Origin: Eubacteriales bacterium
GTDB lineage: Bacteria; Bacillota; Clostridia; Oscillospirales; CAG-272
Length of the DNA stretch: 64,000 nucleotides
Direction of reading: 5' to 3'
Assembly: GCA_045580085.1 (NCBI GenBank)
Contig: JAZNND010000014.1
Location: 9,498 to 73,497 of the forward strand
The notes below the pieces were generated by a model, which made no database searches, was not told where the DNA came from, and saw only the letters and a list, made by a program, of their open reading frames with translations. This document shows positions 1 through 8,675 of the stretch, piece by piece; the stretch's first letter is position 1, and each line of letters starts with the position of its first letter. A program made the position numbers and the translations under genes.

Positions 1-2
1 AA

Positions 3-692
3 TGCCCCGACTGTAAAGGCTCGGGTGCCGCAAAAGGCAGTGAAGCGGAGACTTGCTCGCAGTGCCGCGGTACCGGTCAGGTCACAGTCAATCAGCGTAC
101 CATGTTTGGTATGATGCAGTCTACCACTTCCTGTCCCGGATGTCAGGGAAAGGGAAAGATCATTAAGAATCCTTGCTCCAACTGTAACGGAAAGGGATAT
201 GTGCGCGTAGCAAGAGAGTACAGCGTTTCCATTCCTGCCGGTATTGCCGACGGTCAACGCATTGCCATTCGCGGTAAAGGTGACTGCGGCAGAAACGGCG
301 GTGTTGCCGGGGATCTTGTGATAGAAGTTTCCGTAAGACCGCATCCTCTCTTTGAGCGCGAAGGCAACCATATTTACTGTGAGGTTCCCATCACCTTCAC
401 CGAGGCAACGCTCGGTGCCGAAATCGATGTGCCGACCTTGGACGGTACGCAAAAATACAGCATTCCCGAGGGAACCCAATACGGAACTTCCTTTACGCTT
501 CGCGGCAAAGGTATGCCGGACGTCAATTCGGGTAGACGCGGGGATTTGATTTTTACGGTAACGGTTGAAGTTCCCAAGAATCTTTCCTCTAAACAAAAAG
601 AACTTCTCACAGCTTTCTCCACCTCGCTCGGCGAAAGCAACAACAGCAAAAAAAGCGGTTTTATCAAAAAATTCTTCAAGAAAAAGGGATAA
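3..692 (+). CDS. dnaJ: Chaperone DnaJ, 3' portion (5' end outside window)
   Basis: Frame is open from position 3. Four CxxCxGxG zinc-finger repeats (CPDCKGSG, CSQCRGTG, CPGCQGKG, CSNCNGKG) precede a DnaJ C-terminal domain (GDLVIEVSVRPHPLFEREGNHI). Confidence 0.97.
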   Translation, partial: CPDCKGSGAAKGSEAETCSQCRGTGQVTVNQRTMFGMMQSTTSCPGCQGKGKIIKNPCSNCNGKGYVRVAREYSVSIPAGIADGQRIAIRGKGDCGRNGGVAGDLVIEVSVRPHPLFEREGNHIYCEVPITFTEATLGAEIDVPTLDGTQKYSIPEGTQYGTSFTLRGKGMPDVNSGRRGDLIFTVTVEVPKNLSSKQKELLTAFSTSLGESNNSKKSGFIKKFFKKKG

Positions 693-789
693 AACAATAG
701 CAATTTTTGCAAGAAATGTAAATATGTGTTTGCATAATCGATATAAAACAAGAAGTTTATAGAAAAAGAAACATTTTGTTTTCACTTTT

Positions 790-818
790 GGAAGCCGTCT
801 CCGCGGCTTCCTTTTTTT
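790..818 (+). terminator. Rho-independent terminator after dnaJ
   Basis: GGAAGCCG-6 nt-CGGCTTCC followed by T7. Confidence 0.8.
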
Positions 819-951
819 ATGGGTTGCCGATCCTTTTTTGCTATGATACAATGTTTTTGTAAGTGTCTTTCGGAACGCGAAAGAAAACTGCTGCCGCACG
901 TCCGTCTTCCTCCGAGTGCGTGCGGCAATCTATTTTACAGAAAGGAAAGAT

Positions 952-1851
952 ATGCAGAAAAGAAACAAGATCACAAAAAGATTGGCTTTGTGCCTTGCCT
1001 GTTTGATGATGGTGGGCGTGCTTATGCCGAGTGCTTCGGCGAGTACGGTATCCATAAGACCGCCATCGGTGTCCTATACGAATGTTTCCTCGTATGGCAG
1101 AGTACCGATCTATCTTCCAAGCGGAAAACGGTTGGAGATGGACGGTCGGCTTATTTCCTCTACGACCTATGTGCCGCTTCGCGCCTTTGTTTTGGCATTT
1201 TTGCCCGATGTTTCGGTTACATACCAATCGAAAACACGCACGGCATCCGTGCAAGGTTCGGGGCTTTGGTTGGAAGCGAGCGATGCGTCTCATATCGTAT
1301 ATGCCAACGAAAGATGTCTTTACAGCGATATGCCGGTTCGTATACTGTCGGACGGAACGATGTATGTACCCATCCGTGTTTTGGCGAAGGCACTTTCGCT
1401 GGATGTCGTTTGGAATGCGGCATCGCGGTCTGTCTCTTTGAAGGGAAGCGGTGTGCCGCTGATGTCGGGTTCTCGTTTTTATGACGCAGACACGGTTTAT
1501 TGGCTAGCGCGTATCATTTCAGCAGAGGCGCGCGGTGAACCTTTTATCGGTCAGGTGGCGGTGGGCAATGTCGTTCTTAACCGCGTTCGGCATCCCGAAT
1601 TTCCGAATACCGTATGGGGCGTCATTTTTGACCGCAGAGATGGGGTGGTGCAATTCTCCCCCGTAGACGACGGATCGATCTGGCAAAAACCGTACCATAC
1701 CTCCGTTGTCGCGGCAAAGGTATGCTTGGAAGGATATACCGTATCGGATCGTATCCTCTTTTTCTATGCGCCGAGTATGGTTTCGCATACTTGGATTTCT
1801 CAAAACCGCCCGTATGCTTTTACCATTGCAGGACACAGATTTTATAATTGA
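952..1851 (+). CDS. Secreted cell-wall hydrolase (SleB/CwlJ Hydrolase_2 domain) with N-terminal copper-amine-oxidase-like stalk domains
   Basis: RBS AAAGGAAAG before ATG at 952. Signal peptide, two 'T(M)YVP(L/I)R' repeats, and 'LARIISAEARGEPFIGQVAVGNVVLNRV...QFSPV...IAGHRFY'. Confidence 0.9.
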   Translation: MQKRNKITKRLALCLACLMMVGVLMPSASASTVSIRPPSVSYTNVSSYGRVPIYLPSGKRLEMDGRLISSTTYVPLRAFVLAFLPDVSVTYQSKTRTASVQGSGLWLEASDASHIVYANERCLYSDMPVRILSDGTMYVPIRVLAKALSLDVVWNAASRSVSLKGSGVPLMSGSRFYDADTVYWLARIISAEARGEPFIGQVAVGNVVLNRVRHPEFPNTVWGVIFDRRDGVVQFSPVDDGSIWQKPYHTSVVAAKVCLEGYTVSDRILFFYAPSMVSHTWISQNRPYAFTIAGHRFYN

Positions 1852-1852
1852 C

Positions 1853-1881
1853 TTGATTTTTGTAAAAAAAAGGTGTATAAT
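1853..1881 (+). promoter_or_regulatory. Sigma-A promoter
   Basis: TTGATT-17 bp-TATAAT. Confidence 0.7.
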
Positions 1882-1915
1882 ATTCGTGTAAATACTTGAG
1901 AAGAGGAAACACGCT

Positions 1916-2470
1916 ATGGTATACACAACTGAAATTGCGGGACTTAAAAGAGATCTGCCGCTTTGCCCTTTGAATGAGAAGCTTTGTATCGGTGCGTTTG
2001 TCATGTTCGGTGACGTTGAATTGACCGAAAATTGTGCCAAGGAACTTTTGAAGCTTGCTCCGGCACACGATGTGATCATTACAGCGGAAAGCAAAGGGAT
2101 TCCCCTCGCTTACGAGATGGCAAAGCAATCGGGCAACAATCATTATGCCCTTGCGCGCAAAGGTAAAAAACTTTACATGAGCAATGTTTTGGAATGCCAT
2201 GTGCATTCTATCACCACCGAAGGCGAGCAAACACTTTATTTGGATGGCAAGGACGCTGCCGCCATGAAGGGCAAAAGGGTGCTGATTGTGGATGACGTTA
2301 TTTCCACGGGCGAATCGCTTTATGCGTTGGAGGAGCTTGTTCGCAAGGCAGGAGGAGAGATCGTCGGAAAAATGGCGGTGCTTGCCGAAGGGGATGCTAT
2401 TACGCGTAAGGATATTATCTATCTTGCTCCCTTGCCGCTTTTTGACAGCAAGGGAAAGGCTTTGGCGTAA
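1916..2470 (+). CDS. Type I phosphoribosyltransferase, adenine phosphoribosyltransferase-like
   Basis: PRPP-binding motif 'VLIVDDVISTGES'; also 'AESKGIPLA' and 'ARKGKK'. Confidence 0.85.
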   Translation: MVYTTEIAGLKRDLPLCPLNEKLCIGAFVMFGDVELTENCAKELLKLAPAHDVIITAESKGIPLAYEMAKQSGNNHYALARKGKKLYMSNVLECHVHSITTEGEQTLYLDGKDAAAMKGKRVLIVDDVISTGESLYALEELVRKAGGEIVGKMAVLAEGDAITRKDIIYLAPLPLFDSKGKALA

Positions 2471-2560
2471 AAGCCGTACTCGGCAGATCTGCCGTTTTAA
2501 GCATTTTCATCAGGGCTGTCTTTAGCGAGGCAGCCCGTTTGTCTTTCTCGCGCTTTTCGC

Positions 2561-2589
2561 TTGACGAAACGAGACAAGTCGTGTATAAT
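2561..2589 (+). promoter_or_regulatory. Sigma-A promoter
   Basis: TTGACG-17 bp-TATAAT. Confidence 0.75.
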
Positions 2590-2619
2590 AGAGACAGTAC
2601 GGATATTGGTTGAGGTTAT

Positions 2620-4524
2620 ATGAGAAAACTTTTGCGTTATACCGCTTTTTTGGCGATTTTTATCATGCTTTTTTTATGCGTTACCGCTTGCACATCTTTT
2701 CGCACGGTGCCAAGCTATCATACCTTTTCTTTTGATGACATTCCGCTTTCCGTTTCTTACAGCAAAAACGGCGAAACATGGGTGCCTTTGAGTGCCGATA
2801 CGCTTCTTTTTCAAAAGCGTATTTATTCGGAAGGATACGGTGAGACGGTCTACCTTTCGGTGAAAAACGATGCCGAAGAAGCAGTAAGAATATGGCTCGG
2901 CGTGGGGGCGGGCGGAATTGCGCCGCCGGTCGGGCTTTTATACGGATATGCCGAAAGCGGCGAGGATATTGTTAATTATTACGCGCTCGGGAAAGAGGGA
3001 GAAAACACCTTTGTTCTGCCTCCGAGGGGAGAGGCTCGTTTGGTTCTTTCCGTCAAGACGGATGCCGAGACTTTGGGGGCTGTGGCACCGATCCTCGGTG
3101 TGACCTTTTATGCCGAAAAAATGAATTTCGCCTTTGATATCACGGACAAGGCAAGTTTTGTGATGCAAAAAGGCAAGGACGTTTCCGCAAAGTTGCCGAA
3201 GCATATCAAGCAAATTGTTTTTTCCGACCGTGCCGAACCGAGGAATGCAAGTCTTACGGATTTTTCACTGGCGCAAAACGGTGCGGTGGTCGGCTGGGAA
3301 GAGAATGGTGCTTATATCATCTCCACGCGCGTAAAGGGACAAAAAGTTATAGCAAACGAGTATGCTTCTTTTCTTTTGGCGGATTTGAAGCAGTTAAAAA
3401 AAGCGGATCTTTCTATGTTAGATACCTCGCTTACCAGAGATTTCATGCGTTTCTTTGCGGGGTGCACCTCTTTGGAAGAAGTTTCGCTTGCTTGCCTTGA
3501 TACCTCTTCCGCTGTGCGCATGCGTTCTATGTTCAACGGCTGTGAAAGTTTAAGCGCGGTTGATATCGCAGATTGGAATACCTCTTCTCTGGTTGATGCG
3601 TCTTATATGTTTGCCGACACCTTTTCTCTCTCGGTCTTAGACTTGTCGGCTTGGGATCTTTCGCACGCTGTTCGGACAACTGCTATGTTTCAGTCATCGG
3701 GGATTTCGCAGGTCTTTTTGCCCGATTCGCTCGCTTCGGTAGGAAGCCTTTTCTTTAATCACGTAGACGGTTACGACTTTACCACATGGACGCTTCCGTC
3801 CTCGCTTTTGAGTGTCGGTAAAGCGCATTGCTTTTACAATTTCGGCAGTGATGTCTTTTCTGCATTTCTTGTGGAACAAGAGGATCACGTAGCGAAATCC
3901 CTTGACGGTGTTTTGTATTCCGCGGACGGTACGGTGCTTTTAGCACTTCCCAAAGGGAAAACCTTCGATGACGGTATTTTTGAGATCGCCGAAGGGGTAA
4001 CTTTACTCGGAGAGCTTTCTTTTTCCCGCAATCCCCATGTGAAAACAGTGCTTTTGCCCAATTCTTATCAAGTGAAGATCTACAAAGAAAAGCATCATGC
4101 GGATTTTGCGGATGAAAACGGTACCGGAAACCTCAACGTGGGAAACAGTTTGAATCTTGCCATTTACATTTATACCGCGGTAGAGGCGTATGCCGTAAAG
4201 GAAGATCATCCCCATTATGTCGCGGTGGATGGCGTGCTTTATACCAAGGGAACGGATGAAAGCGCACAGGCACTCGTTGCCGTTCCCGTGCATCTTAAAG
4301 GCGATATCATTATTCCGGAAGGTGTCAAGCGAATCGAGGAAGAGGCTTTTTGGGAGGATAAGGATGTGCCTTTCCGAGGGGTGAGCAGCATCCATATCCC
4401 GGCGAGCCTTACCGAGATAGCGGAAAACCAGCTTGCCAAAATCAATAGCCTTGCCGCCACACTGTCTGTGGCGGAGGAAAATCCGATCTATACAGTACAA
4501 GACGGAAAAATTGTCTTAAAGTAA
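2620..4524 (+). CDS. Surface lipoprotein with BspA/DUF285-type leucine-rich repeats
   Basis: Lipobox VTAC. Repeats 'LDTSSAVRMRSMFNGCESLSAVDIADWNTSS' and 'IPEGVKRIEEEAF...IHIPASLTEI', plus 'SLDGVLYSADGTVL'. Confidence 0.8.
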   Translation: MRKLLRYTAFLAIFIMLFLCVTACTSFRTVPSYHTFSFDDIPLSVSYSKNGETWVPLSADTLLFQKRIYSEGYGETVYLSVKNDAEEAVRIWLGVGAGGIAPPVGLLYGYAESGEDIVNYYALGKEGENTFVLPPRGEARLVLSVKTDAETLGAVAPILGVTFYAEKMNFAFDITDKASFVMQKGKDVSAKLPKHIKQIVFSDRAEPRNASLTDFSLAQNGAVVGWEENGAYIISTRVKGQKVIANEYASFLLADLKQLKKADLSMLDTSLTRDFMRFFAGCTSLEEVSLACLDTSSAVRMRSMFNGCESLSAVDIADWNTSSLVDASYMFADTFSLSVLDLSAWDLSHAVRTTAMFQSSGISQVFLPDSLASVGSLFFNHVDGYDFTTWTLPSSLLSVGKAHCFYNFGSDVFSAFLVEQEDHVAKSLDGVLYSADGTVLLALPKGKTFDDGIFEIAEGVTLLGELSFSRNPHVKTVLLPNSYQVKIYKEKHHADFADENGTGNLNVGNSLNLAIYIYTAVEAYAVKEDHPHYVAVDGVLYTKGTDESAQALVAVPVHLKGDIIIPEGVKRIEEEAFWEDKDVPFRGVSSIHIPASLTEIAENQLAKINSLAATLSVAEENPIYTVQDGKIVLK

Positions 4525-4645
4525 AGTGGGTAAAGCAGTTGGTTTTCTGCCCCCATTGGTTGCATTTTGCAAAAACGCAACAAAATCTGCCAATTTTCTG
4601 CAAAAAAATCGGCAATTTGCGCCGCCTATGGCACAAATTGCCGCG

Positions 4646-4673
4646 GGGCTGAGTGAATGACTCAGCCCCTTTT
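4646..4673. terminator. Terminator hairpin between convergent genes
   Basis: GGGGCTGAGT-GAATG-ACTCAGCCCC followed by T5, with a second hairpin just upstream at about 4610-4644. Confidence 0.7.
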
Positions 4674-4752
4674 CCTATTGGTAGGTGTTATATTTTGCAT
4701 TCAAAAACCGTCTTTAAAAGTACAGCTTATACTGCTTCGCCTTGGTATTTGA

Positions 4753-5538
4753 TTAGAGGTCTGTCATCTCGCGCAGTTTTTTCGCGCCTTCGGAAGCGCG
4801 CGCGAAAAAGTCGTGTATCGAGAAGGAAGCGTAAAAATCGTTTTTGCCCGTTACTTCAAGCATCAAAGGCCCTTCAAATCCGCTTTGGCGAATTTGGCGT
4901 GTAACACGGGCATAGTCCAATGTGCCGTCGAAGGGAAGACGGTGCAAGTCCTCATTAAAAACACCGTTGTTGTCATGGATGTGGGTGCAAACGAGCTTTT
5001 TACCGAAAAGCGGCATGTATTCTCTGCCGGGGGTGAAACAACCTTCGTGCCCGCAGTCATAGCAAAAGCCAACGTGTGCGGAATCCTTGAATTCTTCAAA
5101 TGCCCAACCGATGTTACCTAACATGCGTTGGTTTTCAAAGGCGATCGTGATGCCCTTTTTTTCGGCGTGCTCCACCAAGCGGATATAACGTGCGCGGCCT
5201 GCGTCGGTCGGCGGTGGCGGGGTGAGACCGGATGAAAGATGCACCACGCAAATGGGAGAGCCTGCTTCTTTGCAAATATCAATGGAATACGTCAGGCGTT
5301 TCAGCGTGGTGTCTCCCTCCTCCCCTTCACGCCACATGCTGTTGATGTGACTCCAAGGCGCGTGCAAGGAATCAAAATTGATACCGTATTTTGCCAACAC
5401 TTCTGCGTTTTTCACGGTTTTTTCCATATCCGTGGGAATTTCAAAAGTGGTTTCGAAGCCGTATTCTTTTAATAGTGAAGCGTATTCTTCGATGGAAAGT
5501 CCGTCGATCGCCCAAAGGCACATGCCGATTTTTCTCAT
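4753..5538 (-). CDS. Sugar phosphate isomerase/epimerase (AP_endonuc_2 TIM barrel)
   Basis: Metal-ligand motifs 'AFENQ', 'CYDCGH', 'THIHDN...DLHRLPFDG', 'LMLEV'. Confidence 0.88.
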   Translation of the reverse strand: MRKIGMCLWAIDGLSIEEYASLLKEYGFETTFEIPTDMEKTVKNAEVLAKYGINFDSLHAPWSHINSMWREGEEGDTTLKRLTYSIDICKEAGSPICVVHLSSGLTPPPPTDAGRARYIRLVEHAEKKGITIAFENQRMLGNIGWAFEEFKDSAHVGFCYDCGHEGCFTPGREYMPLFGKKLVCTHIHDNNGVFNEDLHRLPFDGTLDYARVTRQIRQSGFEGPLMLEVTGKNDFYASFSIHDFFARASEGAKKLREMTDL

Positions 5539-6785
5539 ACTGTAGGTTCCTCCTTGTCTTCATGAATGAATTTCGTGTATCTTTTTAAGTGAAGCGCGGT
5601 CAAAAGCACGCCCGCGCATGCAACGATAAGCCATAAGAGAAATACCGGTGTCCAATCTCCGCCCTCACCGAGCGCACCTGCGAGAGGGGCGGCGACGGCA
5701 CTGCCGATATAGGGGAAACAGTTGATGATGCCCGTCACGGTGGAAACGCGGTTGTATTTGGCAAAGTAGGGTGAGATGCGTCCGGTCAAAAGATGGTTGA
5801 TGCCGTGCATACTGCCGTTGACGAAAGCCATGGCGACGATGGCAACCAGTGCGGTGTCACTGTTGCGGAACAGGAAGAGAACCACAGCACCGACAGCCGA
5901 TGCGCCCCATAAGAAGAAGGCGGCAAGCTGCTCGTTTTGGAGCTTTTTGTAGATCGTGATGGTAATAAAGACACAGATAATGCTGAATGCAGGCAAAATA
6001 GCGGCGGTCATGACGGCACTGTCATCCGCTAAATGATAAGTATCTTGAATTAAGCTTGGCATCCATTCTTGTACACCATCGCGCAGAATGCCTTGCAAAA
6101 GAACACAAATTAAAACAAACGGCATGCCCGCACGGAAGAAAGCGCGGAGAAATCCGCTTTGGGCTTCGAGGGCGGGAAGCTTTTGTGCTTCGGAAGATGC
6201 GGAGCTGTTTTTTGAAAGGCGGGGTAAAAGAATAAACCACAAAAGTCCCATCAGCGCCGTTAAAACGGCGGGGATGATAAACGCCATGCGCCATGTGGCG
6301 AAGTTTAAGCACAAGGGCACAAGACATAAGTAAACGATAAAGGTGGATATGTTGCAAGCATAGCTGACGGCGGGAGCCGCAATCATATACGCGCGGCGGG
6401 AGAGCTGTTCTGTCATAACGCGCACGAGCGCGGGCCAGATCATGGCTTGCACGATACCGTTGATTGCCCAAAGCACCCAAATGGCGGGCACGGCGGAAAC
6501 AAGACCGATGATAAAGTTGCAAAGAGCCGAGCCGACAAGTCCGATGGATATAAAATAGCGCGGGGAGATTTTATCTCCGAGAATACCGCAAATTGCTTGA
6601 CCGGCACCGTAGGTGATGGCGTTGCCCGTTAAGGCAATGCTGATGAGCGTTTGCGTGGTGCCGAGACCGTCTACCATAGAGGCAAGACAAGCAGCGAAAT
6701 TGTAGCGGCAGAAGTAATTAAAAAAATAGACCAGCGAGCAAAGCACGATGAGAATTCCCTCGCGGCGTTCGACTTTTTGCGGCAT
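5535..6785 (-). CDS. MFS transporter (sugar/sugar-phosphate-like)
   Basis: About 12 hydrophobic segments and motif A-like 'GILGDKISPR'. Start reassigned to MPQKV, which has RBS AAGGAG. Confidence 0.88.
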   Translation of the reverse strand: MPQKVERREGILIVLCSLVYFFNYFCRYNFAACLASMVDGLGTTQTLISIALTGNAITYGAGQAICGILGDKISPRYFISIGLVGSALCNFIIGLVSAVPAIWVLWAINGIVQAMIWPALVRVMTEQLSRRAYMIAAPAVSYACNISTFIVYLCLVPLCLNFATWRMAFIIPAVLTALMGLLWFILLPRLSKNSSASSEAQKLPALEAQSGFLRAFFRAGMPFVLICVLLQGILRDGVQEWMPSLIQDTYHLADDSAVMTAAILPAFSIICVFITITIYKKLQNEQLAAFFLWGASAVGAVVLFLFRNSDTALVAIVAMAFVNGSMHGINHLLTGRISPYFAKYNRVSTVTGIINCFPYIGSAVAAPLAGALGEGGDWTPVFLLWLIVACAGVLLTALHLKRYTKFIHEDKEEPTV

Positions 6786-6959
6786 AATAAGTCTCCTTTT
6801 CAAGCGTAACATAAACATTGTACAACCTTCTTGTTGAAAAGTCAAGGGAAGGAGATATTTCTTTTTGAAAAAATGATTTTTTTGAATAGATACGGTAGAC
6901 AAAAGTTTAAGAATATGCTATAATGTAAAAATCATAAGGTGCTGAAAGGATTTTCAAAA

Positions 6960-8588
6960 ATGAGTAAAAAAGTAATCCGTCTTTCTGATTTTCATCCCCG
7001 TGCCAATGGAAAAGATAATGATTTTGACGCGTTCCTTTCTGCTTTTTCCGAAGCGGGCGAAGAAAGCGTGCTTTTGATAGAGCCCGGCGACTATTTGATT
7101 GACAGCGCGCAATCCGTTCCGCTGAAAAGCGGCATGTCGGTATATGCAAAGGACGCGCACTTTTATTTCCCGCATTCTTTGGCGGATGCGCCTCACCGTA
7201 TTATGTTTTACGGAGAAAACGTTTCGAATTTTTCGTGGGAGGGCGGTACTTTTCACGGATATGTATATAATCCTTTACATGCGGAGGGACGTTGGGAGCC
7301 CAATGCTTCGACCAAGGGTATCTTTTTGCAGAGAACGGAGCAAGGCGAATCTCAAAACCTGCGTTTCGAACGTATTGAGAGTGAGAGCGTAGCGGGGGCG
7401 GTTGTTAATGTGTACGGCAAGGCAAATGCGCTTGGGCAAAACCGTTTTCCCGTGTACAATGTTGATGTGCATGCCTGCCATTTTCGAAATTCCGGTAAGT
7501 TTATGTGGGACTATGGGTATTTGTGGCAACGCATCGTGTTCCCCGAGCACCACAGTGAAGAAGAAATCCGAAATGCCTATCGCTACATGTCCGAAGAGCT
7601 TTTGTCGGGCTATGTGCTCTTTTCAAAAAAAGGCGAGATTTGTGTAGAGAATATGCCGCAGGGGATTGAAGGCGAGGAGGACACCGTTTGCTTTTACGGT
7701 GACGTGCCGAAGCCTCTTGTGCGCGGCGTTTGCTATTATTTGAACTCGATCCGCACGGAAGGAAACGTCAGCTATATCACCGTGTCGGAAAAACGCGGCG
7801 GCGCGGTAATTGATACCTTTGCCGAGACGGCGGGCAAATGCCGTCTTTTCCGCAATCTTTTTACCGTGCACCATAATCTTTATGCTCCCAAGGGTGCCGG
7901 CACGGGCAAAGGTCCGCTTGATATTTCGGTGGCAAACAATGTCAAGGTCAGCGATTGCCGTATGTATGCCTCGGGTGACTCTATGCACATCCATATGTCT
8001 CATAATGTTATTTACAGCGGAAATCAAATCACGGGTTCTCGCATGGGCGCGTTCTTTATTGCACAGTTTTGCAAGAACGTTACCGTAACGGGCAATACCG
8101 TTCTCGGTACCAACGGTTCACGCGTTATGAGCGTTGAAAAATCCACCGAGGATATCACCATCGTCGGCAATACCTTCTCGGGCGGCGGCAGGGGCACGTG
8201 GATCAACCAGCCGTATAATATCATTCTTGCCGAGAATATTTTCACGCGCAACACCCTGAAATGCACTCCCTCCCCTGCGGTTGGCAGACTGACTCCTTCT
8301 TCGGGTAAATACGAATCTTATCCCGAGATTTATTTTACTACATGGGAAAAGGACGCAAGCTATGGTGCTGTGATTATGCGCTCCAATATCATTACTGCCG
8401 ACGCAAACGCCAAAGCCGCGGTTGCGTTTCATAACGGGGGGAAGGATATTGTCTTTGAAGGCAATATTCTCAAGGGCGAAACACGAAGCGTTTTTGTGGG
8501 TGAGAAATGTGAGATGCCCGTCATGTCGGGTAACATCGGCATGGGACAGATCTTAAACGAACTCGAAGAGGAAAAATTTGACCAGTGA
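6960..8588 (+). CDS. Right-handed parallel beta-helix (pectin lyase-like) protein
   Basis: N-terminal 'ANGKDNDFDAFLSAF...LLIEPGDY' and repeated 'NVTVTGNT', 'DITIVGNTF', 'NIILAENIF' strands. No signal peptide. Confidence 0.75.
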   Translation: MSKKVIRLSDFHPRANGKDNDFDAFLSAFSEAGEESVLLIEPGDYLIDSAQSVPLKSGMSVYAKDAHFYFPHSLADAPHRIMFYGENVSNFSWEGGTFHGYVYNPLHAEGRWEPNASTKGIFLQRTEQGESQNLRFERIESESVAGAVVNVYGKANALGQNRFPVYNVDVHACHFRNSGKFMWDYGYLWQRIVFPEHHSEEEIRNAYRYMSEELLSGYVLFSKKGEICVENMPQGIEGEEDTVCFYGDVPKPLVRGVCYYLNSIRTEGNVSYITVSEKRGGAVIDTFAETAGKCRLFRNLFTVHHNLYAPKGAGTGKGPLDISVANNVKVSDCRMYASGDSMHIHMSHNVIYSGNQITGSRMGAFFIAQFCKNVTVTGNTVLGTNGSRVMSVEKSTEDITIVGNTFSGGGRGTWINQPYNIILAENIFTRNTLKCTPSPAVGRLTPSSGKYESYPEIYFTTWEKDASYGAVIMRSNIITADANAKAAVAFHNGGKDIVFEGNILKGETRSVFVGEKCEMPVMSGNIGMGQILNELEEEKFDQ

Positions 8589-8675
8589 ACACCGTATTTT
8601 CACATTGATATCATAGTTTTTCCATGATGGAAGTGTAGAATGAAATAAATTATAGTAGAGAAGAGGAAAAAGAAC

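Noticed and set aside
860-935. Hairpin TGCCGCACG...CGTGCGGCA upstream of the cell-wall hydrolase, considered as a c-di-AMP riboswitch
   Set aside because: The conserved ydaO/yuaA motifs were not found; only a single hairpin is present.
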